Below the pieces are notes generated by a model. The model saw only the letters and a list, made by a program, of their open reading frames with translations, did no database searches and had not been told where the DNA came from. Made by a program: the position numbers and the translations under genes. Below are positions 1-9,664 of a stretch of 43,188 bases of DNA, one piece after another (position 1 is the first letter of the stretch; every line of letters begins with the position of its first letter). This DNA is from an uncultured Prevotella sp. (lineage in GTDB: Bacteria > Bacteroidota > Bacteroidia > Bacteroidales > Bacteroidaceae): positions 1-43,188 of the forward strand of contig CAZDOH010000003.1 of the NCBI GenBank assembly GCA_964507005.1. The letters are read 5' to 3'.

Positions 1-8
1 TTTCCTTT

Positions 9-1556
9 TCAGAACCCTCTTTCGGCCCAGCCGCTTCGGTCAAGGTTCCTGTAGCCGATGGCTTCGGCAAGATGGTGCGGCTTTATCTGTTCCGAGGCTT
101 CAAGGTCGGCGATGGTGCGGGCTACCTTGAGTATGCGGGTGTAGGCGCGTGCCGAGAGGGAGAGTTTCTCCATGGCCATGCGTAGCCTGCTGAGACCGGC
201 TTCATCGGGCTCGGCAAACTGGCGAATCATACGCTCGGTCATTTGGGCGTTGCAGTGTATGCCCTTGCAGCCCTTGTAGCGCATGGCCTGTATCTCGCGA
301 GCCTTGATTACTCGTTCGCGTATTTTGGCGCTAGGCTCGCCGGGAGCGGCATTGGAGATGTCCTTGAAGGGTACGGCGCTGATCTCACACTGGATGTCTA
401 TCCTATCGAGCAACGGCCCTGATATGCGGCTAAGGTAACGCTCGATGTTTCCCGGAGAGCAGGTGCAGATGTGCGTCGGGTCGTTGTGGTATCCGCATGG
501 GCATGGATTCATCGAGGCTACAAGCATGAAAGAGCAGGGAAGCGTGAGGTTGTAGCGGGTGCGTGTGATGTTTATGGTGCGGTCTTCGAGTGGCTGGCGC
601 ATTGTCTCGAGAGCCGAACGGCTGAATTCCGGCAGCTCGTCAAGGAAAAGCACTCCGTTGTGGGCAAGGCTTATTTCGCCGGGCATGAAGTTCGAGCCGC
701 CGCCTATAAGGGCCACGTCGGATATCGTGTGGTGAGGGCTGCGGAACGGGCGAACCGAAACGAGCGAAGTTTTGCCGTCGAGGATGCCTGCTATAGAATG
801 TATCTGTGTCGTTTCCAAGCTTTCAGACAATGTAAGCGGCGGCAGAATTGTTGGCAGTCGCTTTGCCATCATCGACTTTCCGCAGCCTGGACTCCCGATG
901 AGCAGTATGTTGTGGCCGCCGGCTGCCGCCACTTCAAGTGCACGCTTCACGTTTTCCTGTCCGCGCACTTCGGAAAAGTCAACTTGGAAGGAAGTTTGGT
1001 GGTCGTAGAATTCCTTGCGGGTATCTATTCGGGTTGGCTGCAATTGTGTGTGTCCGTTGAAGAAGTCCACAACTTGCTTGAGATTGTCGGCGCCGTACAC
1101 GTCGAGCCTGTTAACTGCGGCAGCCTCGCGTACGTTTGGCTTTGGCACAATCAGGCCTTCGAACCCCTCGGCGCGTGCATGTATTGCTATCGGCAGTGCC
1201 CCGCGCACTGGTCGCAGGCTGCCGTCGAGCCCCAGTTCGCCTACGAGCATGAACTTTCCGAGGCGTTCACGGCTTACCGCTTCCTGTGCGGCTAGCATAC
1301 CTATGGCAATGGGCAGGTCGTAGCCCGACCCTTCCTTGCGCAAGTCGGCAGGGGCGAGGTTTACTACGATACGGTTTGTGGCGAAATGGAAACCGCTGTT
1401 GGTCAATGCTGTTTTCGTGCGGGTATAGCTTTCGCGCACGGCGCTGTCGGGAAGGCCTACAAGCGAGAAGCCTGTGCCTTTCGAAATGTTGACCTCAACT
1501 TCCACCGTTCGTACGTCGAGGCCGTTTACAGCCGCTGTCAGTAGGTGCGCCAGCAT
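9..1556 (-). CDS. comM: YifB/ComM family Mg-chelatase-like AAA+ ATPase
   Basis: 515-aa ORF. N-terminal Lon-protease-like fold (MLAHLLTAAVNGLDVRTVEVEVNIS). Walker A GSPGCGKSM, then LFLDELPEF, a Cys-rich insert and a C-terminal ChlI-like helix bundle. Confidence 0.9.
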   Translation of the reverse strand: MLAHLLTAAVNGLDVRTVEVEVNISKGTGFSLVGLPDSAVRESYTRTKTALTNSGFHFATNRIVVNLAPADLRKEGSGYDLPIAIGMLAAQEAVSRERLGKFMLVGELGLDGSLRPVRGALPIAIHARAEGFEGLIVPKPNVREAAAVNRLDVYGADNLKQVVDFFNGHTQLQPTRIDTRKEFYDHQTSFQVDFSEVRGQENVKRALEVAAAGGHNILLIGSPGCGKSMMAKRLPTILPPLTLSESLETTQIHSIAGILDGKTSLVSVRPFRSPHHTISDVALIGGGSNFMPGEISLAHNGVLFLDELPEFSRSALETMRQPLEDRTINITRTRYNLTLPCSFMLVASMNPCPCGYHNDPTHICTCSPGNIERYLSRISGPLLDRIDIQCEISAVPFKDISNAAPGEPSAKIRERVIKAREIQAMRYKGCKGIHCNAQMTERMIRQFAEPDEAGLSRLRMAMEKLSLSARAYTRILKVARTIADLEASEQIKPHHLAEAIGYRNLDRSGWAERGF

Positions 1557-1558
1557 TG

Positions 1559-2557
1559 TCAGATCTTTATGTATTTAGCGAGTCGCGGCTTGAGGTCGGC
1601 AGACCGGATGTCGCGCATGAGTATTTTGCCTTCGGGCGAGACGAGCACGTTGCCGGGCACAAAGCTGATGCCGAAGAGCTTTACCAGCGGGCTTTGCCAT
1701 GCCTGGCGGTCGCAGATGTTGTAGCCGGGCAGGGTGTCGCGCGTCATGGTGTTGCGGAAACTGCGTATGTCGTAGTCAAGGCTGACGTTTACGAGCTGCA
1801 GGCGCCCCGCGAATGGCTTTGTTAGGTTTTTCAGTCCGCGTATCTGCTGGAAACTGTCGTATTGCCACGAAGCCCAATACGAGATGAGCAGGTATTTGCC
1901 CCGGAACGTGGCGGGGGTTATTTCCCGTCCTTCGTAGGTGTTGACTTTGAAATCGGGGATTCGGGCCCCGGGCTGTGTGGCGAGCGTGGGCGTAATCCTT
2001 CCCGCGAGTTGGCTGAGCCGCATGTTGTTGGGCTGGGCTTTTACCATTAGGGAGAGCAGGCTGCCGGCACGCGGGCCGTCGATGTCTTTCGAGTCGAGTA
2101 TGAAACGCTCGAACACGGCTTGCGCGGCAAGTGTGGCGGGGTTTTGCCTGATGAACGTCTCGGCAGTCTCGGTTATGCCGCCCCCATGGCGGGAGTTTAT
2201 GTCGTTGTAGAACTGCGTGAGCAGTTCGTTTTCGTCGGTACCGGTTACGCGGGTCTTTCCCAAATCGGCGGCATCGGTGCGGAACTTGGCCTTCTTGCCC
2301 GGTTCGGCAATGATTATGCGCTGCGAAAAGTCGGGGTATTGCAAGGTGAGTATCTCGGGCTCGCCGAGTTCCTTCTCATAGGAAAAGCTGCCGCTGCGCA
2401 CGTGCAGTGTGTCGTATTTCTCTTCCGAGAATATGAAAATATCGGCCGAATGGATATTCTTGAATTTTCCGTCCAGCCGAAATTTGTTTTTAGGAACCCC
2501 GCAACTCCCGAGCACGAGAGTTGCGAGGATTGCGGTTATGCAGTTGAGTGTGCGCAT
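1559..2557 (-). CDS. TlpA-like thioredoxin-fold lipoprotein with a degenerate (Cys-less) active site
   Basis: Lipobox LVLGSCG. The C-terminal about 130 aa looks like the AhpC/TSA/TlpA fold (FRGKYLLISYWASW...). The expected WCxxC is WQYDS. Confidence 0.65.
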   Translation of the reverse strand: MRTLNCITAILATLVLGSCGVPKNKFRLDGKFKNIHSADIFIFSEEKYDTLHVRSGSFSYEKELGEPEILTLQYPDFSQRIIIAEPGKKAKFRTDAADLGKTRVTGTDENELLTQFYNDINSRHGGGITETAETFIRQNPATLAAQAVFERFILDSKDIDGPRAGSLLSLMVKAQPNNMRLSQLAGRITPTLATQPGARIPDFKVNTYEGREITPATFRGKYLLISYWASWQYDSFQQIRGLKNLTKPFAGRLQLVNVSLDYDIRSFRNTMTRDTLPGYNICDRQAWQSPLVKLFGISFVPGNVLVSPEGKILMRDIRSADLKPRLAKYIKI

Positions 2558-2570
2558 CGTGGCGCGGGGG

Positions 2571-4274
2571 TTATTTTGCTATGTTCTTGAAATCAGAGTC
2601 GGTAGCATATTTTGCGAATTCAAGGTCTTTGGCAGCATACGACGAGTAAGTGGGGTCTTTTGCCACGGCGTTCTTGAGGTTGTCGATGACATTCTGGCGG
2701 TTGCCGGTGCGTGCGCCGAGCACTGCCTTGAGGTAGCTTGTGGTGGCATCGGCATTGGTGATGCCGTCAAGAGTCTTGGCTGCGCTGTCGTAGTCCTTGC
2801 TGAGTATCTGTGCCAGGGCGGCGCTGTTGGTCTTAACCCCGCGCAGATAGTTGGCTGCCTGTGCGTAGTTGCCCTGGGCGATGTTGAGGTTTCCGAGGGC
2901 TTCGTTGTAGTTGTCGGCGCCGTTGCCCTTGGCAATGTAGGTCTGTGCCGATTCGATGTCGCCTTCGGAGAGGGCTATCATGCCGGCGTTGACGCTAGCT
3001 TCAGGATTGCCGGCTTTAGCACCGTTGGCCTTGTCGAGATAGTTCTTGGCAGTGACCAAGTCGCCGTTGGAGTAGGCGATGGCAGCGAGGTTGTTGTATG
3101 CGCGGTAGTCCTTGGGATAGAGTTGGGCAGTTTTCTTGTAAACGCCTTCCTTGACATTGTTGTCGTCGCTGAAGGTGGCGAAGTAGAGGAGTTCTTCGAC
3201 TGAAAGCTGCGAGGGATCGCTTTGGTACTGCTCTGTGATTTCGTCGTCGCTGCGCCCGATAAGGTCGTAGTTGATTGTCAGTCGCGAGCGGCGGAGTTGC
3301 GGAAGCACTTCGTCAGCCAGTTCGCGGAATGCCGAGGAGATGTTCTTTATCTGCTGCTCACGCTGTTCGGGGTCTTTGTACATCGACAGCACGCGAAGTA
3401 TAACTTCCTTGTCCTGAATGTTGGAAGCCGAAACCAGTTGCTGGAATCCGTCCCAGTCCTGGGCAGTGTAGCGGGTGTCGACGTTTGTGGATACCTTCTC
3501 TTTTTTGAGGAGCTGGTTTACGTAGGTCTTGCTAGTCTTTTCGCGGTTTGCAGCCAGTTTGTCGTTGAGCTTCATGCCGCCGTCGGGCGATGCGTATGCC
3601 GAAACTTCAACATTGTTGAGCTCGCGGCGGTTCTGGTCGGCCTTGATGTCGCGCAGGGTCTGTATGAAGTCCTGTATAGATGTCTTCTTGAGTTCGGAGT
3701 TGCGTATCTTGGCCTGCTGGATGAGGAACTGGATGCTGGCTTCCTGCTTCTGCTTCATAACGTGCACGAATGCATCGGGGGCCACTGCAGGGTTGGCCGA
3801 GGCGAGGGTGCGCTTCAGCAGTTCGCTGGTGGCGATTACGCCGTCGGCAACTTTCACGTCGGGAATCTTGACTGTTTTCTTGCCGATTTTTCCGTCGAAC
3901 TTCAGATAGAGTTCGCTCTTCTGCATTTCGGGCACATACTTGAAGGAGTTCTTCATGGTGTAGTTGCCGCCCACTTTATATGAGATGGTCTGGTCGTTGC
4001 CTTCCACCTTCTCGCCTTGGAAGCGTGCGCTCTGGCCCGGGGTTTGTGTGCCGGCGTAGGACATGACGGGTGTTACGGTGACAACCGCCTTGCGCTTAAG
4101 GTATTTCTGCGGGAATTTGCCGTTGATGGTTACGTCGACCTTGCCTCCGTTGGCTTCCATTGGGTTGGGGGTGACGGTGAAATTGTCGGCCGAGAGTGCG
4201 CCCATCTTGCTGCACGAAGTAGTAACGGCCACGGCGCCTGCCAGCATTAATGCGAAATTAATTGTCTTTGACAT
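2571..4274 (-). CDS. Lipoprotein with a central OmpA-like motif and C-terminal TPR-like repeats
   Basis: Signal plus lipobox (AVTTSCS). SAYASPDGGMKLNDKLAANREK resembles the OmpA-C peptidoglycan-binding motif. The C-terminus carries repeated A/N/Y-rich TPR-like helices (AYNNLAAIAYSNGDL, ALGNLNIAQGNYAQA). Confidence 0.55.
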   Translation of the reverse strand: MSKTINFALMLAGAVAVTTSCSKMGALSADNFTVTPNPMEANGGKVDVTINGKFPQKYLKRKAVVTVTPVMSYAGTQTPGQSARFQGEKVEGNDQTISYKVGGNYTMKNSFKYVPEMQKSELYLKFDGKIGKKTVKIPDVKVADGVIATSELLKRTLASANPAVAPDAFVHVMKQKQEASIQFLIQQAKIRNSELKKTSIQDFIQTLRDIKADQNRRELNNVEVSAYASPDGGMKLNDKLAANREKTSKTYVNQLLKKEKVSTNVDTRYTAQDWDGFQQLVSASNIQDKEVILRVLSMYKDPEQREQQIKNISSAFRELADEVLPQLRRSRLTINYDLIGRSDDEITEQYQSDPSQLSVEELLYFATFSDDNNVKEGVYKKTAQLYPKDYRAYNNLAAIAYSNGDLVTAKNYLDKANGAKAGNPEASVNAGMIALSEGDIESAQTYIAKGNGADNYNEALGNLNIAQGNYAQAANYLRGVKTNSAALAQILSKDYDSAAKTLDGITNADATTSYLKAVLGARTGNRQNVIDNLKNAVAKDPTYSSYAAKDLEFAKYATDSDFKNIAK

Positions 4275-4312
4275 TGTTTTGTTTTGAATTTTACAATTGC
4301 ACGTATTGAGCG

Positions 4313-4320
4313 CAAAGGTA
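4313..4320 (-). promoter_or_regulatory. -7 box TACCTTTG for the TPR lipoprotein/tlpA-like/comM operon
   Basis: Exact TAnnTTTG on the minus strand, about 40 nt upstream of the ATG at 4274. Confidence 0.5.
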
Positions 4321-4377
4321 ATAAAATTTGTTTATAGTGTGCTCTTTATGTTATAGTTTTTGGTAGCCTGGGTGAGC

Positions 4378-5211
4378 CTATTGCAGTGTGATTTGCTGTG
4401 CTTCCACGTTGTCGCACATGAAAACCGAAGCCGATGGGCTGAACTGCTGCGGGTCTTCGGTGGTGAAATACCGGCATTCCCCGCCCTTGCTGCAGCGTTC
4501 CGCCATATCGGGGTGGCGCACCAGATAGTCGGCAAGGCTGCGGGCCACGTATCCCCCTTGCGGCACGAGTTTTATGCCCGGAGGAGTGTGCGCTCTGATT
4601 TTGTCGAGCATGAGCGGGTAGTGGGTGCATCCCAGAATGATGGTGTCAATGTCGGGGTCCTTGGCCAGCAGTTCGTCGATGTATTTCTTTACGAAATAGT
4701 CGGCTGCGGGCGAGTCCTGCTCACGGTTCTCGATGATTGGCACCCACATGGGGCATGCCTTGCCCGTTACCTTAATGTCGGGATAGAGCTTGTGTATTTC
4801 AAGGTCGTACGATTCGGAAAGGATGGTGCCCATTGTTGCCAGCACGCCCACATGCCCGTTGCGCGTGATGCCGCCCACAGCCTCGACCGTGGGGCGTATC
4901 ACTCCCAGCACACGGCGCTCGGGGCCGTAGGCGGGGAGGTCGTTTTGCTGGATGGTGCGCAGAGCCTTGGCCGAAGCCGTGTTGCAGGCAAGGATTATCA
5001 TCTGGCATCCCATTCCGAAGAGAGTGCGCACGGCCTGAAGCGTGAACTGGTAGACGATGTCGAACGAGCGTGTGCCGTAGGGCGCGCGGGCGTTGTCGCC
5101 AAGAAAGATGTAGTCGTACTGAGGCAAAAGTTCGCGTATGCGGCGCAGGATGGTGAGTCCACCGTATCCGCTGTCGAACAGTCCGATAGCTCCGCTTTTC
5201 TGCAAAGTCAT
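4378..5211 (-). CDS. murI: Glutamate racemase
   Basis: 277 aa. Contains GLFDSGYGGLT, LGDNARAPYG, ACNTASA and LGCTHYP, the two catalytic Cys motifs. Its ATG overlaps the skp stop codon (ATGA). Confidence 0.92.
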   Translation of the reverse strand: MTLQKSGAIGLFDSGYGGLTILRRIRELLPQYDYIFLGDNARAPYGTRSFDIVYQFTLQAVRTLFGMGCQMIILACNTASAKALRTIQQNDLPAYGPERRVLGVIRPTVEAVGGITRNGHVGVLATMGTILSESYDLEIHKLYPDIKVTGKACPMWVPIIENREQDSPAADYFVKKYIDELLAKDPDIDTIILGCTHYPLMLDKIRAHTPPGIKLVPQGGYVARSLADYLVRHPDMAERCSKGGECRYFTTEDPQQFSPSASVFMCDNVEAQQITLQ

Positions 5212-5771
5212 GGCTTGATGGCTGCGAGTTTCTGCCTTACAAGTTCGGTGATGTCTTCGCCCGTGATGCGGTTGATGAACGGGAAAGTCTTTTCTTCGGT
5301 GTTGATTATCACGTCGTATCCGCGTTCCATTCCCACGAGCGTTATTGCGCTGTCGAGCCTTGTAACCAGGGGCTTCTCGAGGTCGGTACGCGCCTGCTCC
5401 AGCAGTTGCTTAACCTGGTTGCGGAACTTTATGCCGTTTTCCATGGCTTCCTGTAGTTCTTTCTGCCGTTTCAGCATTATAGTTTGCGGGAATTCTTTCT
5501 GCCCTTGCAGGAACTCTAGGTACATGCGCTTGAAGGTTTCCTCGTTGTGGGCTGTTTCGGTGTCGTATTTGGCCTTGATTTCGGCGAGGCTCTTTTGGGC
5601 TTCGGCATATTCGGGCATCTCCTCGAAAATGGCGCGGTAGTTGAGGTATCCGAAGCGCGGCTGCACGGCGGCTGTCTGCGGCTGCACTGCGGCAGGGGCG
5701 ACTGGATTTTCCTGGGCGCAGACAATGGTCACGGCCATAAGCGCGATTATTGCAAAGAGTGCTTTTTTCAT
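5208..5771 (-). CDS. skp: OmpH/Skp family periplasmic chaperone
   Basis: 187 aa. Signal peptide followed by a long coiled-coil K/E/Q-rich region typical of OmpH. Lies upstream of murI, as in many Bacteroidota. Confidence 0.8.
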   Translation of the reverse strand: MKKALFAIIALMAVTIVCAQENPVAPAAVQPQTAAVQPRFGYLNYRAIFEEMPEYAEAQKSLAEIKAKYDTETAHNEETFKRMYLEFLQGQKEFPQTIMLKRQKELQEAMENGIKFRNQVKQLLEQARTDLEKPLVTRLDSAITLVGMERGYDVIINTEEKTFPFINRITGEDITELVRQKLAAIKP

Positions 5772-5800
5772 ATCGTTGGTCTTTAAAAGATTCGCTATTG

Positions 5801-5808
5801 CAAAAGTA
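5801..5808 (-). promoter_or_regulatory. -7 box TACTTTTG for skp-murI
   Basis: Exact TAnnTTTG on the minus strand, 30 nt upstream of the ATG at 5771. Confidence 0.5.
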
Positions 5809-5845
5809 AACTTTTATTCTCTTACGTCAAACAGTGGGATACAAT

Positions 5846-5876
5846 AAAATCCCGATGCGCTTGGCACCGGGATTTT
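5846..5876 (-). terminator. Hairpin terminator downstream of mdh
   Basis: aaaatcccg/cgggatttt 9-bp stem with a 13-nt loop. On the minus strand it is followed by attttattg. Lies 32 nt past the mdh stop. Confidence 0.55.
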
Positions 5877-5907
5877 CGGGTTGTATGGTTTTTCGGTTTC
5901 CCTCGGA

Positions 5908-6918
5908 TTAGAGGTTGGGATTGAGCTCGCTCCACTTCTCAACGGGAGGAAGCATGCCCATTCCGATTACCTGGTCGCGCATGCCCTGCAGGTGCTTGTA
6001 GCTTGCGTCGAGAGTTGCGATTTCTTCGGGGGTGCCGATTACGGGCTTGGTGTAGACACCATCGGAAGTGATGCGCGAAGGCATAGCCATCATCACGTGG
6101 TTGTAGCGTGCGGTGTCGGCATAAGTTCCGGCGGGGTAGTTGAATTCTTCGCCGCCCATTGCGCCTTCAATCATCTTTACTGCGAGATAAGAGGGGCTCT
6201 GGAACGAGCTGCGGCGACGGAGCTCGATGATTTTTGCACCGCCCTGCGTAACGTCGGTCTGCATCTGCTTCCATTCATCGGCCGTAAGACCTTTGCCGTT
6301 GACTGTTGCCTTGCCTGCAATAACATCGGTGAGCTTCACGCCGTCGATGGTTGTGGGCGATGCGAACACTGCCATCTTCTCGCCGTGGCCACCATAGGTG
6401 TATGCGTTCTTTACCACTGCCTGGCTAACGCCGAAGTGCTTTGCAAGCGCGCCTTTGAGACGGGTGGAGTCGAGGGCTGCGAGAGTGGCAACTTGATTGG
6501 GCTTCAAACCGCTGTGTACAAGTGTTACAAGACCGGTGATGTCGGCGGGGTTGAAGATTACTACCACGAATTTTGCATCGGGGCAGTATTTCTTGATGTT
6601 TTCGCCGAGTTCCTGTGCGGCCTTTGAGTTTCCGGCCAGAAGGTCTTCACGTGTCATTCCTTCCTTGCGGGGTGCGCCGCCCGACGAGATGATGTATTTG
6701 GCTCCCGTGAATGCTTCTTTCGGGTCGGTGGTAGCTACGATGTTAGCATCGTCGAAGCCGCTCTGGCGCATTTCCTCTGCCACACCTTCGGCAGAGAATA
6801 CGTCGTAGAGGCAGATGTTGGGCGTGAGTTTCAGCATGAGAGCAGTCTGCGTCATGTTTGAGCCTATCATGCCGGCTGCGCCGACGATGGTAAGTTTTTC
6901 GTTTGTTACGTATTCCAT
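5908..6918 (-). CDS. mdh: Malate dehydrogenase (LDH-like MDH); start trimmed to MEYVTNEK
   Basis: Rossmann motif IVGAAGMIGSNM, then GGAPRKEGMTREDLL and YGGHGE. An internal ATG at 6918 gives the canonical N-terminus. A -7 box lies upstream at 6972-6979. Confidence 0.9.
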   Translation of the reverse strand: MEYVTNEKLTIVGAAGMIGSNMTQTALMLKLTPNICLYDVFSAEGVAEEMRQSGFDDANIVATTDPKEAFTGAKYIISSGGAPRKEGMTREDLLAGNSKAAQELGENIKKYCPDAKFVVVIFNPADITGLVTLVHSGLKPNQVATLAALDSTRLKGALAKHFGVSQAVVKNAYTYGGHGEKMAVFASPTTIDGVKLTDVIAGKATVNGKGLTADEWKQMQTDVTQGGAKIIELRRRSSFQSPSYLAVKMIEGAMGGEEFNYPAGTYADTARYNHVMMAMPSRITSDGVYTKPVIGTPEEIATLDASYKHLQGMRDQVIGMGMLPPVEKWSELNPNL

Positions 6919-6971
6919 GATTGTATTTTTTTGAAAATTTGATGTTCGTCTTGTCGCGGTTCGTGACACTG

Positions 6972-6979
6972 CAAAAGTA
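6972..6979 (-). promoter_or_regulatory. -7 box TACTTTTG for mdh
   Basis: Exact TAnnTTTG on the minus strand, 54 nt upstream of the ATG at 6918. This supports the trimmed start. Confidence 0.5.
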
Positions 6980-7134
6980 ATGATTTTATTGTTTTATGCA
7001 TTGTGCCGTGGCTCCCGAAAGATTAAACTTTCTAAAAAGCAACCCGTGTTTCGGCGATATTGTGCCGGTGCATTTTTGGGGGCGCCGGAATTCGTTATCC
7101 GAACGTTGCATTCCGCGCCGGGAATATGCGGTGT

Positions 7135-9000
7135 CTAGGCGTTTTGCTCGCGGTCGGCGTTTATCAGTTCCAGCAGATGCTCCACCGCTTCGTCTTCGGG
7201 GATGTTGCGCAGCACGCATTCCTTGCGCCGGTAGAGGCTGATTTTTCCGCGCCCCGCCCCGACGTAGCCGTAGTCGGCGTCGGCCATTTCGCCGGGCCCG
7301 TTCACGATGCAGCCCATGACAGCTATTTTGAGCCCTTTCATTCCTGCCGTTGCAGCCTTCACGCGGGCTATGGTCTGCGGCAGGTTGTAGAGCGTGCGTC
7401 CGCATCCGGGGCAGCTTATATATTCGGTTTTGGTGATGCGTTGCCGCGCAGCCTGCAGTATGGAGAAGGATGTGTGCAGCGCGTCGGTTTGCGATATTCC
7501 TGCCTTGTGGCCTTCGGGCTTGCCGTAGATGCATATGCCGTCGATGAGGCGGTCGAAAAGCAGGTTGCCGGTGTCGGCAGCTGCGGCTATGCCGAAGTCT
7601 TCGGTGTTGCCGTCTTCGATGCTGTATCCCTTGGCGAATATCACGGGGTTCTTTATTCCCTGCCGTGTGAGCGAGTGGATGATGAAGCGTGCTTCGCCCA
7701 GCGAATTGCGCGAGTCGCTGTGTATGACGAGCACCGCGTCGGGGTTTTCGCGCAGGCAGTCGGCCGTGGTGTCGTTGAAGAAGAACGGCGCTGTTTCGAT
7801 GAATTTCACTGCGGCATCGGTTTTAGGCAGGAAGTGCAGGTTTTCGGTGGTGTATAGCGGGAACGTGTTGGCTTGCCCGCTGTAGTTGGCTGCGTCTACG
7901 ATGTAGTTCATCGTGGGGTCGTAGCTTTTCGTTGTGTCGTATCCGCCGATGTATACGAAGTCGGGCCGCGAGTCGGCGTCGTAGTCGGAGGGCGCAGTAT
8001 TGACGCCGATGACAACAGGCACGTTGTCGCCTCCGATGCACTCAAGGGGGCGTGCCTCGCGGCGCTCGGGGTATATATAGTTGAAGCTGGGGGCTGCAAG
8101 GGCGTTGATGCGTTTCTTTCCGCGCCGGTAGAGTATGTAGCGCACCAGTTTGCGTGCCACGGGGATTTCGCGTTCGGGGTCTTCCGAGAGAGAGACGCGT
8201 ATGGTGTCGCCCATGCCGTCGTTGAGCAGGGCGCCTATTCCGAGTGCGCTTTTTATGCGCCCGTCTTCGCCTTCGCCGGCTTCGGTTACTCCGAGGTGCA
8301 GTGGGAATTTCATGCCCTCTTCGTCCATAGTCTTCACGAGCAGGCGCACCGACTGCACCATTATCACGGGGTTGCTGGCCTTTATCGACACCACCACATC
8401 GAGGAAGTCGTGCTTTACGCAGATTCTGAGGAATTCCATGCAGCTTTCCACGATTCCGGCAGGCGTGTCGCCGTAGCGGCTCATTATCCTGTCGCTCAGC
8501 GAGCCGTGGTTTACCCCTATGCGTAGGGCGGTGCAGTGTTGCCGGCAGATGTCGAGCAGTTGCACGAAGCGTTGCTCGAGCCTTTGCAGTTCGGCGTTGT
8601 ATTCCTCGTCGGTGTAGTCGATGTGCTTGAATACGCGTGCCGGGTCAACGTAATTGCCGGGGTTTACCCTCACGGCCTCAACGGTCTTGGCTGCGGCATC
8701 GGCTACTGCGGGGTTGAAATGCACGTCGGCCACGAGCGGAGTCTTTATGCGCATGGCCCGCAGCGCGGAGTGTATGCGGCCCAGGCTTTCCACTTCGCGT
8801 GTGCCCTGTGTGGTGAGCCTCACGTAGTCGGCCCCGGCGCGCGCGATGCGTGCCGCCTGCTGCACGCTGGCTTCCACATCATCGGTAGATGTGGTGTTCA
8901 TGCTCTGCAGGCGTATGGGGTTGTTGCTTCCCAGCGGTGTGCGCCCCACATGCACGTTGTAGGTAGTGCGGCGATGGTAATTGAAAAGGTCGGCCGACAT
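7135..9000 (-). CDS. ispG: 4-hydroxy-3-methylbut-2-en-1-yl diphosphate synthase, long form with insert domain
   Basis: 621 aa. Contains NPIRLQSMNTT, RVNPGN, HLGVTEAG and the C-terminal [4Fe-4S] motif CPGCGRT...GCIVNGPGE. Confidence 0.92.
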   Translation of the reverse strand: MSADLFNYHRRTTYNVHVGRTPLGSNNPIRLQSMNTTSTDDVEASVQQAARIARAGADYVRLTTQGTREVESLGRIHSALRAMRIKTPLVADVHFNPAVADAAAKTVEAVRVNPGNYVDPARVFKHIDYTDEEYNAELQRLEQRFVQLLDICRQHCTALRIGVNHGSLSDRIMSRYGDTPAGIVESCMEFLRICVKHDFLDVVVSIKASNPVIMVQSVRLLVKTMDEEGMKFPLHLGVTEAGEGEDGRIKSALGIGALLNDGMGDTIRVSLSEDPEREIPVARKLVRYILYRRGKKRINALAAPSFNYIYPERREARPLECIGGDNVPVVIGVNTAPSDYDADSRPDFVYIGGYDTTKSYDPTMNYIVDAANYSGQANTFPLYTTENLHFLPKTDAAVKFIETAPFFFNDTTADCLRENPDAVLVIHSDSRNSLGEARFIIHSLTRQGIKNPVIFAKGYSIEDGNTEDFGIAAAADTGNLLFDRLIDGICIYGKPEGHKAGISQTDALHTSFSILQAARQRITKTEYISCPGCGRTLYNLPQTIARVKAATAGMKGLKIAVMGCIVNGPGEMADADYGYVGAGRGKISLYRRKECVLRNIPEDEAVEHLLELINADREQNA

Positions 9001-9024
9001 TGCTTTGAGGGTTTATTCGAGGGT

Positions 9025-9633
9025 TTATTTGCCTCCTGCGTAGAGCACGGGGTTGGTGTCTTTGTCGTTGTACATCTTCATCTGCTTGTACACTTTCATG
9101 TACTTGCGTCCGGCGGCGATGTCGTCGAGCAGAGTGTCGATGGCCTGCGAAAGGTCGGTCATCTGCTCGAGGAGCGTATTGAGCTTTGCCTGGCAGCGGC
9201 TGCGGTGGTCTTCGGGAGCATCCTTGCGCTCAGCCTCGATTTTCATGTGGAAAATCTTGAGGGCGAGGATTGCCAGACGGTCGATGGCCCATGCGGGGCT
9301 TTCGGTGTTGATGGTAGCCGTGGGGGCGGGAGTGACTTCGCTGAACTTGGTGAGGAAGTAGCTGTCGATGCGCTCCACCAAATCGGTGCGTGCCTGGTTG
9401 CTGCGGTCGATGCGGCGTTTTATTTCGAGAGCCTTCTCGGGCTTGATCTTGGGGTCGCGTATTATGTCTTCCAGGTGCCACTGCACGGTGTCAATCCATT
9501 CCTTGGTGTAGAGGTCGTGCTGTATCTGGCCTTCGGGGTAGGGATTTTGCATGGCTGAGTCTACGTTGTCCGTCTGGTGGTAGTCGGTTATGGCCTGCCG
9601 GAAAATAGGGAGGCAGAGTTCGGTGAATGTCAT
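9025..9633 (-). CDS. DUF4254-like protein, unknown function
   Basis: 202 aa. The pattern WIDTVQWHLEDIIRDP...RIDRSNQARTDLVERID matches my recollection of DUF4254. Sits 24 nt upstream of ispG. Confidence 0.65.
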   Translation of the reverse strand: MTFTELCLPIFRQAITDYHQTDNVDSAMQNPYPEGQIQHDLYTKEWIDTVQWHLEDIIRDPKIKPEKALEIKRRIDRSNQARTDLVERIDSYFLTKFSEVTPAPTATINTESPAWAIDRLAILALKIFHMKIEAERKDAPEDHRSRCQAKLNTLLEQMTDLSQAIDTLLDDIAAGRKYMKVYKQMKMYNDKDTNPVLYAGGK

Positions 9634-9664
9634 ACGATTAAGCGTTTTGCGTTGTTGTTTGCAG

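Noticed and set aside
4360-5640. 426-aa plus-strand ORF antisense to murI and skp
   Set aside because: It fully overlaps two well-supported minus-strand genes. The composition is Arg/Ala/Val/Gly-rich with no recognisable motifs. This is the typical shadow ORF of a moderately GC-rich genome.
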